Origin: an uncultured Gemmatimonadaceae bacterium
Lineage (GTDB): Bacteria > Gemmatimonadota > Gemmatimonadetes > Gemmatimonadales > Gemmatimonadaceae
DNA length: 64,000 nucleotides
Assembly: GCA_963781585.1 (NCBI GenBank)
Contig: CAWAGQ010000008.1
Location: 369,756-433,755, forward strand
Reading direction: 5' to 3'
Below are positions 31,715-42,516 of this stretch, piece after piece. The position numbers and the translations under genes are program-made. The notes beneath the pieces are model-generated. The model was not told the origin of the DNA. It was given only the letters and a program-made list of their open reading frames with translations, and did not search any database. Positions within the stretch are counted from its first letter, which is position 1. Every line of letters begins with the position of its first letter.

Positions 31715-32857
31715 ATGAAATGGTCGTGGCGAATCGGCCGCGTGGCGGGGATCGTGATCGAAATCCACGTCACGTTTCTCTTCCTTCTGCTGTGGATCGC
31801 ACTCGTCGAGCAGCAGCGCGGTGGGACGGCGGCGTCGATCGCCGGGGCCCTCCTGTTCACGGTGGCGGTGTTCGCGTCCGTCGTGCTGCACGAGTACGGT
31901 CACTCGCTCACCGCCCGCCGTTTCGGCGTCCGGACCCGCAGCATTACGATCCTTCCCATCGGTGGTGTGTCGTCGCTCGAGCGCATTCCGTCCGAGCCGC
32001 GCCAGGAACTCGCCATTGCCCTCGCGGGACCTGCGGTAACCGTGGGAATCGTGGTGGTGTTGTACCTGCTTCTCGTGATCACCGGACAGCCGGTCGCTGT
32101 GAAGGATCTGAGCTTCGGCGGTGGCCAGTTCCTGGCCCGGCTCATGTGGGTGAACATCGTGCTGGCGGTGTTCAACGTCCTCCCGGCATTCCCGATGGAC
32201 GGTGGGCGGGTGCTACGTGCCGCACTGGCGCTGCGGATGGAGTACGCCCGCGCCACCAGAGTGGCCGCCACGATTGGACGCGCATTCGCGGTCCTGTTCG
32301 CCATCGCAGGGTTGTTCAGCAATCCGTTTCTCGTCTTCATTGCGATCTTTGTCTGGATGGGCGCAACTGGTGAGAACTGGAGCGCTCAGCTGCAGTCGGC
32401 GTTGCGCGGCCTTCCCGTGGAGCGCGTGATGATCAGCGACCTTCGCACGCTCGCACCGAACGACACGCTGGGACGTGCGGTGGAGCATCTCCTGGCCGGT
32501 TTCCAACAGGACTTCCCGGTGCTGGATGGAGAACACCTGGTGGGCGTCTTGCCGCGCACCGACCTGATCAAGGCGTTGGCGCAGCGCGGCCCTGATGCGA
32601 TGGTTCACACGGCGATGCGCTCGGATTTCCCGATCGCGCACCCCGGGGAGCCACTGGACGAGGCATTCAGGCGCCTGCAGCAGGCGAAGTGCCACACGAT
32701 GCCCGTGGTGAAGGGCGACGTGCTGCAGGGGGTGCTGACGCTGGACAACGTGGGTGAGTTCTTCATGGTGCAGGGAGCCGCCGGGAATCAGCACGCGCAT
32801 TCAGAGGGTCGGACGGCAGCGGCCGACCGCCCGCATCCGGCTGTCAGTCACCGGTAG
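31715..32857 (+). CDS. Site-2 (M50) protease with CBS pair
   Basis: LHEYGH, ALAGP, FNVLPAFPMDGGR; two C-terminal CBS motifs. Confidence 0.93.
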   Translation: MKWSWRIGRVAGIVIEIHVTFLFLLLWIALVEQQRGGTAASIAGALLFTVAVFASVVLHEYGHSLTARRFGVRTRSITILPIGGVSSLERIPSEPRQELAIALAGPAVTVGIVVVLYLLLVITGQPVAVKDLSFGGGQFLARLMWVNIVLAVFNVLPAFPMDGGRVLRAALALRMEYARATRVAATIGRAFAVLFAIAGLFSNPFLVFIAIFVWMGATGENWSAQLQSALRGLPVERVMISDLRTLAPNDTLGRAVEHLLAGFQQDFPVLDGEHLVGVLPRTDLIKALAQRGPDAMVHTAMRSDFPIAHPGEPLDEAFRRLQQAKCHTMPVVKGDVLQGVLTLDNVGEFFMVQGAAGNQHAHSEGRTAAADRPHPAVSHR

Positions 32858-32944
32858 GCAGTGATCGGCTGGTTACCGATCAGTGGGCGATCCTTGATCT
32901 TTCGCTCCTGATCACTACGGCCGCTGGTTCTGTGGTTACGGTTC

Positions 32945-33006
32945 CCGACCTCCGACCTCCGACCTCCGACCTCCGACCTCCGACCTCCGACCTCCGACCT
33001 CCGACC
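32945..33006 (+). repeat. Perfect heptamer tandem repeat (CCGACCT) x8 plus a partial unit
   Basis: Read directly; ends 2 nt before the TTG start at 33009. Confidence 0.97.
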
Positions 33007-33008
33007 CA

Positions 33009-35126
33009 TTGGCATCTCTCGTCATTCACGGCCACTTCTATCAGCCGCCGCGCGAGAATCCGTTTCTCGACGAGGTCGAGGCGGAGCCGTCGGCCGCACC
33101 GTATCACGACTGGAACCAGCGGATCGAGCGTGAATGCTATCGGGCAGTCGTTGCCGCTCGCGTAACGGGGAACAACGGCCGGATCGCGCGCATCGTCAAT
33201 ACGCTCGAATGGATCTCCTTCGACTTCGGCCCGACTCTGCTCGAATGGATGGAACGTGAGGCGAACGACACATACCGCTCGATCCTGGCTGCTGATCACG
33301 CGAGCCGAAGTCGGCTCGGGGGTCACGGCAACGCCATAGCCCAGCCATATCATCACACGATCCTTCCACTGGCCTCACGGCGCGACAAGCAGACCGAGGT
33401 GCGGTGGGGCATAGCAGACTTTCGCCGGCGCTACGGTCGCGACCCCGAGGGCATGTGGCTCCCCGAGACCGCGGTCGACGATGAAACGCTGGACGTCCTC
33501 GCCGCCGAAGGAGTCCGCTTCACCATTCTCGCGCCACACCAGCTGGTGCCAGTGCCACCACTGGGTCGCCCGGGCCGGTACCGTACGTCGGGAGGCCGCA
33601 GTATCGCCCTCTTCACCTACGATGGGTCCCTCTCCCACGGGATCGCCTTCGGGGGACTCCTCCACGACGCCGATGCATGGGTGAGCCGGATGGCCATGGC
33701 CGGGGCGCACCTGGCCATGGAAGGCGGAATGGCAGCAGCCACGGCTGAGGCGTTCGAGAGCCGGCAGGGACTCGGCCCGGAAGAAGGCCCGCAGGACGCG
33801 GCCCCGGCCCCGGAGCTGCTGCTCGCCATGGCAACGGATGGCGAAACGTATGGACATCATCACCGATTCGGCGAAATGGCGTTGGCGCATGCACTGGAGA
33901 AGATGGGTGCCGAGCAGTGGCGGGCCGAGAACTTCGCGTTCTTCCTCGCGCGCTCCCCCGCCACCTATGACGTGGCGATCGTCGCACCAAGCGCCTGGAG
34001 CTGTGTGCACGGTGTGGAGCGGTGGCGATCGAACTGTGGCTGCCGGCTCGACGGCGGGCGCAATCCGAGTCAGGCGTGGCGCACACCGCTGCGACAGGGT
34101 CTGGAGAAGGTCGCCGCCGAAGTGCACGCTGTTTTCGATCAGCAGGGGCGGGCGCTGTTCGGGGATCCGTGGCGAGTGCGTGACGCGTACGGTGCGGTCG
34201 TGGCGGGAGGGACAGACGAGCTTGAACGATTCGCGAAAGAGACCATCCCGCATCCGACTTCCGCGGAGCAGCTCGTGCGGGCGCGGGAACTGCTCGAAAT
34301 GGAGCGCGATGCGCTGCGCATGTTCACTTCGTGTGCCTGGTTCTTCGACGACATCGGAGGATTGGAAGCACGGCAAGTTCTCCGGTACGCGGCGCGCGCG
34401 ATCGACCTGGCGGGAGGGGACCGCGGCCGGCTCGAGGCAATGCTCCTGGACGAGCTCTCGATCGCACGCAGCAATGACGTTGCGATCGGAACCGGCAGCG
34501 ACGTGTACCGCACGGCTCTGCTGCCGGCTGTGCCCGCTCCGGTCCGGATTGCCGCCGCGGCGGTGGCCGGATTGCATGCCGGTGCGCAAGCCCTGGTACG
34601 CACCGGGAACGCCGAAGTGGAAATCGCCGGGGACACCGTTCGTGTGACGGAGTCCCGCACGGGTCGCGGGCACCAGGTCCGCGCGTGGGTCGTGCGGTCC
34701 GCACATACCGAGGTCGTGACCGAGGTGGTCGACGAGAGGGGCGCCCGGTACCGACTATCGCTGGCTGACCTGCCGGAGCGCCCGCGCCACGCCATTCGAT
34801 CCCGGTTGAGGCGGTCCATTCTGCCCGGCTGCCTGACGCCGGGCGAAATCGAACTGCTGCTGGCGGGTGACGTGACGCTGGGCGGATTGGTGCGCGTGGC
34901 CCTGGTTCGGACGGTCAGGCGGCTGGAGCACGATCACGATGGGGACGCGCTGCACCTGGTCAACGCGCTCCTCGATCTGATCGAACAGTCCGAGGGCAAG
35001 TTTCCCTTCGACGCGCAGACGGCCTTCTGGCGTATCTGGCAGGGCGCCAACCGGCAGCGACGCGCGGATCTGCACGAGCTCTTCCTGCGTATTGGGTTCG
35101 TGGACAGCGACGCAGCCGGCGACTGA
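33009..35126 (+). CDS. GH57-family glycoside hydrolase with DUF3536
   Basis: IHGHFYQPPRENP, WNQRIERECY, GMWLPET, ATDGETYGHH, WSCVHGVERW, MFTSCAWFFDD. Confidence 0.92.
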   Translation: MASLVIHGHFYQPPRENPFLDEVEAEPSAAPYHDWNQRIERECYRAVVAARVTGNNGRIARIVNTLEWISFDFGPTLLEWMEREANDTYRSILAADHASRSRLGGHGNAIAQPYHHTILPLASRRDKQTEVRWGIADFRRRYGRDPEGMWLPETAVDDETLDVLAAEGVRFTILAPHQLVPVPPLGRPGRYRTSGGRSIALFTYDGSLSHGIAFGGLLHDADAWVSRMAMAGAHLAMEGGMAAATAEAFESRQGLGPEEGPQDAAPAPELLLAMATDGETYGHHHRFGEMALAHALEKMGAEQWRAENFAFFLARSPATYDVAIVAPSAWSCVHGVERWRSNCGCRLDGGRNPSQAWRTPLRQGLEKVAAEVHAVFDQQGRALFGDPWRVRDAYGAVVAGGTDELERFAKETIPHPTSAEQLVRARELLEMERDALRMFTSCAWFFDDIGGLEARQVLRYAARAIDLAGGDRGRLEAMLLDELSIARSNDVAIGTGSDVYRTALLPAVPAPVRIAAAAVAGLHAGAQALVRTGNAEVEIAGDTVRVTESRTGRGHQVRAWVVRSAHTEVVTEVVDERGARYRLSLADLPERPRHAIRSRLRRSILPGCLTPGEIELLLAGDVTLGGLVRVALVRTVRRLEHDHDGDALHLVNALLDLIEQSEGKFPFDAQTAFWRIWQGANRQRRADLHELFLRIGFVDSDAAGD

Positions 35127-35139
35127 AAGGCGCGAGCGG

Positions 35140-37212
35140 ATGACAGCGATCCGGTTCTGCTTCGGGCTGCACCTGCACCAGCCGGTGGGCAACTTCGACC
35201 ACGTGATCGCGCAGCACGTGCGCGATGTGTACCGGCCTTTCCTCGAGCGAATACGTGTGCATGGGTTCGTGCCGGTGGCGCTGCACATCTCGGGACCACT
35301 GCTGGACTGGTTGGAGAGACGCGATCACCGGTTTCTGGACCTCCTGGGTGATCTGACGGCGGATGGGAAGCTCGAGTGGCTTCTGGCCGGCTACGAGGAG
35401 CCGGTGCTGGCATCGCTGCCGCGCGAAGACCGCGTGGAGCAGATCGCGTGGATGCGCGAGGCGCTTCGTACACGCTTCGGAGCCGCGGCCACCGGACTGT
35501 GGCTCACCGAGCGGGTGTGGGAGCCGGACCTGGCCGCCGACCTGCACGACGCCGGTGTGCGCTTTGCGCTGGTCGACGACCGTCACTTCGTGGTCACCGG
35601 TTTCCGGCGCGACCAGCTGCACGCACCGTACTGGACGGAGCACGGAGGCAAGCGGCTGGCGCTCTTTCCGATCGATGAGCGACTGCGCTATCTGATCCCT
35701 TTCGAAGCGGTGGAGGAAACGGGGAACTACCTGCGCGGGCTGCGAGAGGCTGGTCATCGGTTGGCGGTTCTGGCGGATGACGGGGAAAAATTCGGGGGAT
35801 GGCCTGGAACGAAAGAATGGGTCTACGATCGCGGATGGCTGGATCGGTTCCTCGCGGCGATGCGCGAGCAGGTCTCGAATGGCGACGTGGTTCTGTCGAC
35901 CTTCGCCGAGGCGCTCGCGGCGGTGCCGAGCGGCGGCATCGCGTATCTGCCGACCGCGAGTTATCGCGAGATGGAGACGTGGTCGCTGCCGACGACGCAA
36001 GCGCAACGCCTCACGGCGCTCGAGCAGCAGCTCGGCGCAGAGCGCATGGCCGGGCCGGATGGAGCGCTGGTGCGGGGCGCGCACTGGAAGAACTTTTTCG
36101 TCAAGTATCCGGAAGCGAACCGGATGCACAAGAAGATGCTTGCGCTTTCGGCGCTGTGCCGCGAACGGGGCAATCCTGCCACTGCCCGGCGCGCGATTGG
36201 TCGTGCGCAGTGCAATGATGCGTACTGGCACGGAGTCTTTGGCGGCCTCTACCTGCCCTTTCTCCGGGCGGCCGTGTGGCGGAATCTGGCTGAAGCGGAG
36301 CGCCTCCTGCGGGTCGACGAACAGCTGCGGGCGGAGGAGACCGACATCGACGGCGATGGTCACGTGGAGGTGTGGATCCACTCGGCGCATTTTTCGGCGA
36401 TCGTGAGTCCGTATCGTGGCGGGGCGATCGAGGAGCTGACCCGGTTCTCGGTGGAGCCGGAGGTCGTCATGAGTGCGACGCAACGGACCCGGGAGGTTGC
36501 AGCATCCACCGGCAGTGACGGGCGCGACGACGCGCCCGGAGCGGCAGACGGCTCACCGGCAGGCGCGAATCATGCCGATGTACTCACGCGGCGGCGGGAA
36601 GCGTATCACGTGCTGAGCGAGCACGGGCACGAGGCACCGATGAACACCGAGCCATCCGTGGTGGGGGGTGCAACCGCACCCGACGAATCTCTGGTGGCGG
36701 CGGGTACGCCCAGCATCCACGAGCTGGAGCACGGCTTTCGCCTGCGCGCGTTGCCGGCCGCGGACCTGGACGATCGGGCGATCTTCGTCGAACGCGTGAT
36801 CCCGGGCTCGGTGACGCGGGATCAGTTCGCTGGTGCGCAATATCAACCGGTGGCGTCGGCGGCGAGGATCGCGATGACCTGCCGCCTGCGTCAGTCGGAA
36901 TCCCGTGTGGAGGTGGCGCTGGAAGCCCCGGACGGCCGGCTGCGCAAGACCCTCACCTTTCTGCCGGACGGTCGGGTGCGCGCGGAATTCGAGTGGGACG
37001 GGCGGGTGTTTGCGGAGAGCGATTGCTTCACGGTCGAGCTGTCCCTGGACCGTGCGCTCCCCGTGGCGTGCACGCCGGGCGCCGAGCTGTGGGAGTATCC
37101 GATCGAGACGGTATCCAAATCGGAGAAGGGACTGGATCGGGTGCGGCAGGGTGTCGCGCTGGTGGTGCGGTGGCCGGTGGCGCAGGGGCGGGGCAGCGTA
37201 GACCTGGGGTGA
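35140..37212 (+). CDS. GH57 4-alpha-glucanotransferase/alpha-amylase (DUF1925/DUF1926)
   Basis: HLHQPVGNF, HISGPLLDW, GLWLTERVWEP, ADDGEKFGGWP, AQCNDAYWHGVFGGLYLP. Confidence 0.92.
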   Translation: MTAIRFCFGLHLHQPVGNFDHVIAQHVRDVYRPFLERIRVHGFVPVALHISGPLLDWLERRDHRFLDLLGDLTADGKLEWLLAGYEEPVLASLPREDRVEQIAWMREALRTRFGAAATGLWLTERVWEPDLAADLHDAGVRFALVDDRHFVVTGFRRDQLHAPYWTEHGGKRLALFPIDERLRYLIPFEAVEETGNYLRGLREAGHRLAVLADDGEKFGGWPGTKEWVYDRGWLDRFLAAMREQVSNGDVVLSTFAEALAAVPSGGIAYLPTASYREMETWSLPTTQAQRLTALEQQLGAERMAGPDGALVRGAHWKNFFVKYPEANRMHKKMLALSALCRERGNPATARRAIGRAQCNDAYWHGVFGGLYLPFLRAAVWRNLAEAERLLRVDEQLRAEETDIDGDGHVEVWIHSAHFSAIVSPYRGGAIEELTRFSVEPEVVMSATQRTREVAASTGSDGRDDAPGAADGSPAGANHADVLTRRREAYHVLSEHGHEAPMNTEPSVVGGATAPDESLVAAGTPSIHELEHGFRLRALPAADLDDRAIFVERVIPGSVTRDQFAGAQYQPVASAARIAMTCRLRQSESRVEVALEAPDGRLRKTLTFLPDGRVRAEFEWDGRVFAESDCFTVELSLDRALPVACTPGAELWEYPIETVSKSEKGLDRVRQGVALVVRWPVAQGRGSVDLG

Positions 37213-38018
37213 GACAGAATCTGCAATACCTCCGGAAGTGGATTGCACGCCGGCGCGTGCCCCCTGGGGCACTGGACGTGATTCCCGATGTGGAGAGCCG
37301 GGAACTCGGGAACCGGCGCGATGTCCTGGTCTATCGTCCGAGTTCGTATGATCGAACGGATGGAGCCTATCCGGTCATCTACATGCAGGATGGCCAGAAC
37401 CTGTTCGATCCGGCCACCAGTTTCGCGGGCGAATGGGGAGTGGACGTCGCCCTCGACAAGACACCGCGCAAAGGTCGGCGGGCACTCATTGTCGGGATTC
37501 CCAACACCGGAATCGACCGCGTTCGCGAGTACTCGCCGTTCGTGGACCCGCGACACGGCGGCGGGCTGGGCGACGCCTATCTCGACTTCGTGGTGGGGAC
37601 CGTCAAACCGCTGGTCGACGCCCGGTATCGCACGCTCACGGATGCGTACGGAACCGGGATCGCCGGGTCGTCACTGGGTGGTCTGATCAGTCTCCACGGT
37701 TTCTTCCGGCAGCCGTCGCGCTTCGGATTCGCGGGGGTGCTGAGCCCGGCCCTCTGGTTCGCGGATGGAGCCATCTTCCACGCGGTCGAGGCGGCGCCGT
37801 ATGTTCCCGGGCGCATCTACCTCGACGTGGGCGCCCGGGAGGGCGCCACCTCGGTGCACGATGCGCGCCGGATGCGCGACCTGCTGATCACGAAGGGATA
37901 CCGTCCGGGGAGGACACTGCTCTGGCGCGAGGATCGGACCGGGCTGCATAACGAGGCGGCGTGGGGCCGTCGGTTTCGCAGCGCGCTGCCGTTCCTGCTC
38001 AGCGGCGACATCACCTGA
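37209..38018 (+). CDS. Alpha/beta-hydrolase (putative esterase) 1
   Basis: YPVIYMQDGQNLFD, GSSLGG nucleophile elbow, HNEAAW; GTGA overlap with the GH57 stop. Confidence 0.88.
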   Translation: MRQNLQYLRKWIARRRVPPGALDVIPDVESRELGNRRDVLVYRPSSYDRTDGAYPVIYMQDGQNLFDPATSFAGEWGVDVALDKTPRKGRRALIVGIPNTGIDRVREYSPFVDPRHGGGLGDAYLDFVVGTVKPLVDARYRTLTDAYGTGIAGSSLGGLISLHGFFRQPSRFGFAGVLSPALWFADGAIFHAVEAAPYVPGRIYLDVGAREGATSVHDARRMRDLLITKGYRPGRTLLWREDRTGLHNEAAWGRRFRSALPFLLSGDIT

Positions 38019-38019
38019 C

Positions 38020-38754
38020 ATGGGAACACGGCTCCATGGGCAGCATCATGCCTGGTACAGTCCGGTGGTCGGGCGCACGATGCAGGTGCGTTGGTTCGGG
38101 CACGCGGGCGCCCGGGTGATCGCCTTCCCCACGACCCTGGGGAACCACAACGAGTGGCCGGATCGATCGATGCCCGACGTGCTGGGCGAGCAGATCGAAA
38201 AGGGGTGGATTCAGCTCTGGTGCGTGGACCACAATCACGATGCCAGCTGGTATGACAGGACGGCCCATCCGGGACACCGCGCCTGGCTTCACCTGCAGTA
38301 CGATCGCTATCTGTACGAAGAGCTGCTGCCGTTTACCGCGTACATCAACGCAACCCCATTCGTGATCGCCACCGGTGCCAGTTTCGGCGCGTACCACGCC
38401 ATGACATTCGGCTTGCGCCATCCGCACCTGGTACACCGCGTCATCGGGATGAGCGGCTTCTACGACATCAAGGAGATGACAGAGGGATACTCCGACGAGA
38501 ATGTGTATGCCTGCAATCCTTTCGACTTCATGCAGCACGAACACGATCCGGAACGGCTTGACGCCTTCCGGCGGCAGGACATCATCATCGCAACCGGGCG
38601 GGGAGATCCGCACTACGCGGAGAACGCCGACTTCTCGGCGGTGCTTTGGAACCAGGGGGTTGGCAACGCCCTCCGCGTGTGGGACGGCTGGTGCCACGAC
38701 TGGCCGTACTGGGAGCGGATGATCGTGACATACATCGCGGGTGTTCGGCCGTAG
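38020..38754 (+). CDS. Alpha/beta-hydrolase (putative esterase) 2
   Basis: FGHAG..VIAFPT, GASFGAYH, MSGFYD, HDWPYW; starts 1 nt after esterase 1. Confidence 0.88.
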   Translation: MGTRLHGQHHAWYSPVVGRTMQVRWFGHAGARVIAFPTTLGNHNEWPDRSMPDVLGEQIEKGWIQLWCVDHNHDASWYDRTAHPGHRAWLHLQYDRYLYEELLPFTAYINATPFVIATGASFGAYHAMTFGLRHPHLVHRVIGMSGFYDIKEMTEGYSDENVYACNPFDFMQHEHDPERLDAFRRQDIIIATGRGDPHYAENADFSAVLWNQGVGNALRVWDGWCHDWPYWERMIVTYIAGVRP

Positions 38755-38760
38755 GTCGTG

Positions 38761-38816
38761 GCGAGAGGCGAGAGTTCAAAGCCCAGAGGCCAAGGGCCAC
38801 AGTCCAGAGACCACAG
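38761..38816 (+). repeat. Degenerate heptamer array (8 units)
   Basis: gcgagag gcgagag ttcaaag cccagag gccaagg gccacag tccagag accacag. Confidence 0.7.
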
Positions 38817-38858
38817 ATTTTTCACTTCCAACGCACGGTTCACGGAGCCTGACGCCAC

Positions 38859-39824
38859 ATGTCCAAACGCATCGGCCTCTTCGTGGGCAGAGAGTGGTCC
38901 TGGCCGCCCGCCTTCATCGAGGAAGTGGAGAAGCGCGACCAGGGGGTGACCGCCGAATACGCGAAGATCGGCGGCGAGCATCACGACACGCCGGCGCCGT
39001 ACGACGTGCTCATCGACCGGATCTCTCACGAGGTGCCGATGTATCGCTCGTACCTGAAGAAGGCGGTGCTCGACGGTCGGATGGTGGTGAACAACCCCTT
39101 CATGTGGACGGCCGACGACAAGTTCTTCGGCGCGGCGCTGATCCGCCGCCTCGGCGTGGTGTCGCCGAAGACCGTGCTCCTGCCGAACAAGGATTACGTC
39201 GAGGGTATCGTTCCGCACGAGAGTCTGCGAAACCTCCGATATCCGCTCGACTGGAAGGAAATCGTCGCCTGGGTGGGGCTGCCGTGCGTGCTGAAGGATG
39301 CCCACGGCGGGGGGTGGAAGGAGGTGCACGTCTGCCGCTCGCTCGATGAGTTGATCAACCGGTACGATCAGTCCGGCCGTCTGACGATGATCGTGCAGGA
39401 ATTCATCGAATGGGATCAGTTCGTTCGCTGCCTGTGCATCGGCCGGCAGGGGGTACTGCCCATGAAGTACGACCCCGGTTCGCGGAAGTACCTGGTCGAG
39501 CACGAGCACCTCACGCCGGAGCTGGGTGCCCGGGTCGTGAACGATTCGCTGACCATCGTCCGGGCGTTAGGCTACGACATGAACTCGATCGAATGGGCCA
39601 TTCGCGATGGGATTCCCTACGCGATCGATTTCATGAACCCGGCGCCGGACATGGACGTGTATTCGCTGACGCCGATGTACTTCGAGTGGGCGGTGGAGAA
39701 GATGGCGACGATGGCGATTCGCCTGGCGAAGACCCCCCATCCGCAGGTTGCCGAGCTGCACTGGAGCCGGATGTTCAGCCAGGACGCACGTCACGGCGCG
39801 GTGCACTCGCCGGGCGCGCCATGA
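38859..39824 (+). CDS. ATP-grasp amide ligase (RimK-like fold)
   Basis: VLIDRISH, NNPFMWTADDKF, PKTVLLP, LKDAHGGGW, IVQEFI, AIDFMNPAPD. Confidence 0.85.
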   Translation: MSKRIGLFVGREWSWPPAFIEEVEKRDQGVTAEYAKIGGEHHDTPAPYDVLIDRISHEVPMYRSYLKKAVLDGRMVVNNPFMWTADDKFFGAALIRRLGVVSPKTVLLPNKDYVEGIVPHESLRNLRYPLDWKEIVAWVGLPCVLKDAHGGGWKEVHVCRSLDELINRYDQSGRLTMIVQEFIEWDQFVRCLCIGRQGVLPMKYDPGSRKYLVEHEHLTPELGARVVNDSLTIVRALGYDMNSIEWAIRDGIPYAIDFMNPAPDMDVYSLTPMYFEWAVEKMATMAIRLAKTPHPQVAELHWSRMFSQDARHGAVHSPGAP

Positions 39825-39900
39825 TCGGGCGTGGACGAGCCGCGCCGATGCGCGGCCGGCGTGCGGACGTGCCGGCGTGCGGAGCGAATCGGGTCGGAGT

Positions 39901-41283
39901 GTGGATCGCCCCGCCCCTCTCCTGGTGCCCGCCGTGCTGCACGACGCCGTAGCGCGGTACCACGACCTGCTGACGCCGGAACTGGCGGAAGCATCGGCCG
40001 AGCACCTCGACCATGCGCTCCGGAGGCATGGGCTGGTGTTCGGCGACCGGGCGTTGTGCACCGTGCTTCGGCCGCGCCTGCTGACCGGCGATGCCTATCG
40101 GCGCCTCCAGGGGCGCATCGTGCCGCTGCTGCGGGCGTTTCGCGCCGCCCATGAGCGCGCGATGGCCGACCGCGAGTTCCGGGCGCAATTCCGGCTTGGC
40201 GAATGGGAGGAGTCACTCCTCGCCGCGGACCCCAGGTTCGATGCGCCAAGCCCGACGTCGCGGCTGGATTTCTTCTACGCGCCCGATACGGATGTCCTGG
40301 GGCTGACGGAATACAATGCCGAGACGCCGGCTGGTGCGGCCTATAGCGACGCGCTCGCCGAGGTGTTCCTCGATCTGCCGGCGATGCGCGCTTTCGCCGC
40401 CGAATACGAGATCCTGCCAGTGCCCTGTCGGCAGGGTGTGGTCGGCGCATTGCTGGACGCCTACTATCAGTTCGCCGGCTCGCGCGACCGTCCGCGGATC
40501 GCGATCCTCGATTGGCCCGACGTGCCCACGGTGACGGAGTTCGAGTTGTACGCCGAGCACTTCCTGGCCCTTGGAATCGAGTGCCTGATCGGCGACCCGC
40601 GCCAGGCGGATTATCGACAAGGACAATTGTGGATCGGTGGGACCGCGGTCACCCTGATCTACAAGCGCGTGCTGATCAGCGAGCTGGTGACCCGGTGCGG
40701 GCTCGACTCGCCAGTGGTGCGGGCGGTCCGGGACGGCGCGGTGTGCATGGTGGACGGGTTCCGGTGCAAGATCCTGCACAAGAAAGCAAGCCTGGCGGTG
40801 CTGAGCGACGAACGAAACGCGCGTCTGTTCGGAGGCGCCGAGCGGCGGGCGATTGCGGACTGCATTCCCTGGACCCGGGTGGTCGAGGAGCGCCACACGA
40901 CGTACCGGGATGAGTCGGTGGACCTGGTGCCGTTCATCATTCGTGAGCGGGAACGCTTCGTGCTCAAGCCTAACGATGACTACGGCGGGCGGGGAATCAC
41001 CCTGGGCTGGCGCGTGGACGGGAGCCAATGGGAGGCCGCGGTGCGGAATGCGCTGGCCGAACCGTTCATCGTGCAGGAGCAGGTGGCCGTACCATCGGAA
41101 CCGTATCCGGCGTGGGTCGACGGCCGGCTGCAGATTCTGGAACGCCAGTACGACACCGCGCCGTTCATCACCAACGGCGCGTACATGGAGGGCATGCTGG
41201 CACGGCTGTCGACCGACCCGTTGCTCAACGTGACCGCCGGTGGCGGAAGCACGGTACCCATGTTTCTGGTGGAGAAGCGATGA
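39901..41283 (+). CDS. Circularly permuted ATP-grasp ligase (GSP-synthetase-like); start approximate
   Basis: [53 protein letters not shown]. Confidence 0.78.
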   Translation: MDRPAPLLVPAVLHDAVARYHDLLTPELAEASAEHLDHALRRHGLVFGDRALCTVLRPRLLTGDAYRRLQGRIVPLLRAFRAAHERAMADREFRAQFRLGEWEESLLAADPRFDAPSPTSRLDFFYAPDTDVLGLTEYNAETPAGAAYSDALAEVFLDLPAMRAFAAEYEILPVPCRQGVVGALLDAYYQFAGSRDRPRIAILDWPDVPTVTEFELYAEHFLALGIECLIGDPRQADYRQGQLWIGGTAVTLIYKRVLISELVTRCGLDSPVVRAVRDGAVCMVDGFRCKILHKKASLAVLSDERNARLFGGAERRAIADCIPWTRVVEERHTTYRDESVDLVPFIIRERERFVLKPNDDYGGRGITLGWRVDGSQWEAAVRNALAEPFIVQEQVAVPSEPYPAWVDGRLQILERQYDTAPFITNGAYMEGMLARLSTDPLLNVTAGGGSTVPMFLVEKR

Positions 41284-41293
41284 GGGCATCCGC

Positions 41294-42502
41294 ATGAAAC
41301 GCCCAAGCCTGACGATCGGGGTCGAAGAGGAATATCAGATCATCGATCCCCGCACCCGGGAGCTGCAGTCGTACATCACGCAGATTCTCGAGGCCGATCA
41401 CCTGATCATGGGACAGGTGAAGCCCGAGCTGCATCAGTCGATCGTGGAAGTGGGAACCAAGGTCTGTCACACGCCGGGCGACGTGCGCGACCAGCTGGTC
41501 GCGCTGCGGCGCGGTGTCATGGAACTGGCGGCCAGGAACGGGCTCAAGATCGCAGCTGCCGGAACGCACCCGTTCTCCCACTGGGCCGAGCAGGAGATCA
41601 CGCCGCTGGAACGGTACATCGGGACGCGTGAGGCGATGGCCCAGCTCGCCCAGCAACTGCTGATCTTCGGCACCCACGTCCACATCGGCATCGAGGATCG
41701 CGATTTCCTCATCGACTGCGCGAACGTCTCACGCTACGTGCTCCCTCATATCCTCTGCCTGTCCACCAGCTCGCCCTTCTGGATCGGACGCAACACCGGC
41801 CTCAAGTCGTACCGGAGCGCCATCTTCCGCGCGTTCCCGCGCACCGGCATCCCGCGATTCCTCGCGTCGTGGAACGACTACCAGTCATACGTGCGTACGC
41901 TCGTCGCCACCGGTTGCGTCCCCGACGGGTCGAAGATCTGGTGGGACGTGCGCCCGCATCACCAGTTCCCCACCCTCGAATTCCGGGTCTGCGACGTCTG
42001 CACCCGCGTCGAGGAAGCAGTTTGCATCGCCGCCATCCTGCAGGCCCTGGTCTTCAAGCTGTGGAAGATGCGCCGGGACAACGTCACCTTCCGCATCTAT
42101 CCCGCCGAGCTGATCGAAGAGAACAAGTGGCGCGCCGTGCGCTACGGTCTCGATGGCAAGCTGATCGACTTCGGCCGGGAAACGGAACTGCCGGCGCCGG
42201 CGCTGATTCGCGAGTTCCTCGACTGGTTTCTGGGCGACGTGGTCGATGAGCTGGGGAGCCGGCGGGAGGTGGAATACGCCCAGCACATCCTGGACCACGG
42301 CTCCAGCGCTGATCGCCAACTGGCTACCTTCCGTGAGACGGGGAGTCTGCAGGCGGTCGTGGACCGGCTCATGACCGAGACGGAGGAAGGAGTGCACCCT
42401 CCGGACAAGCCGGCGGGCGCCGTGAAGGACACACACTATCGCGCGGTTTCACAGTCCAGACCGGAAGCGCTGGCCCCGGAGATCGGGCCGCCGCCGAGCT
42501 GA
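41294..42502 (+). CDS. Carboxylate-amine ligase, YbdK/GCS2 family
   Basis: [57 protein letters not shown]. Confidence 0.92.
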   Translation: MKRPSLTIGVEEEYQIIDPRTRELQSYITQILEADHLIMGQVKPELHQSIVEVGTKVCHTPGDVRDQLVALRRGVMELAARNGLKIAAAGTHPFSHWAEQEITPLERYIGTREAMAQLAQQLLIFGTHVHIGIEDRDFLIDCANVSRYVLPHILCLSTSSPFWIGRNTGLKSYRSAIFRAFPRTGIPRFLASWNDYQSYVRTLVATGCVPDGSKIWWDVRPHHQFPTLEFRVCDVCTRVEEAVCIAAILQALVFKLWKMRRDNVTFRIYPAELIEENKWRAVRYGLDGKLIDFGRETELPAPALIREFLDWFLGDVVDELGSRREVEYAQHILDHGSSADRQLATFRETGSLQAVVDRLMTETEEGVHPPDKPAGAVKDTHYRAVSQSRPEALAPEIGPPPS

Positions 42503-42516
42503 CGCACACTCAGTTC

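Noticed and set aside
32945..33006. Repeat tract as a CRISPR array
   Set aside because: 7-bp head-to-tail units with no spacers and no cas genes.
36455..36570. Low-complexity insertion in the GH57 C-terminal domain as an intein or mobile insert
   Set aside because: Short, in frame, no splicing residues or terminal repeats; probably a flexible loop.
38859..42502. Ordinary glutathione synthesis (gshA/gshB) or rimK
   Set aside because: The ligases are YbdK-type and divergent ATP-grasps, and the esterase/C26 context does not fit a simple assignment.
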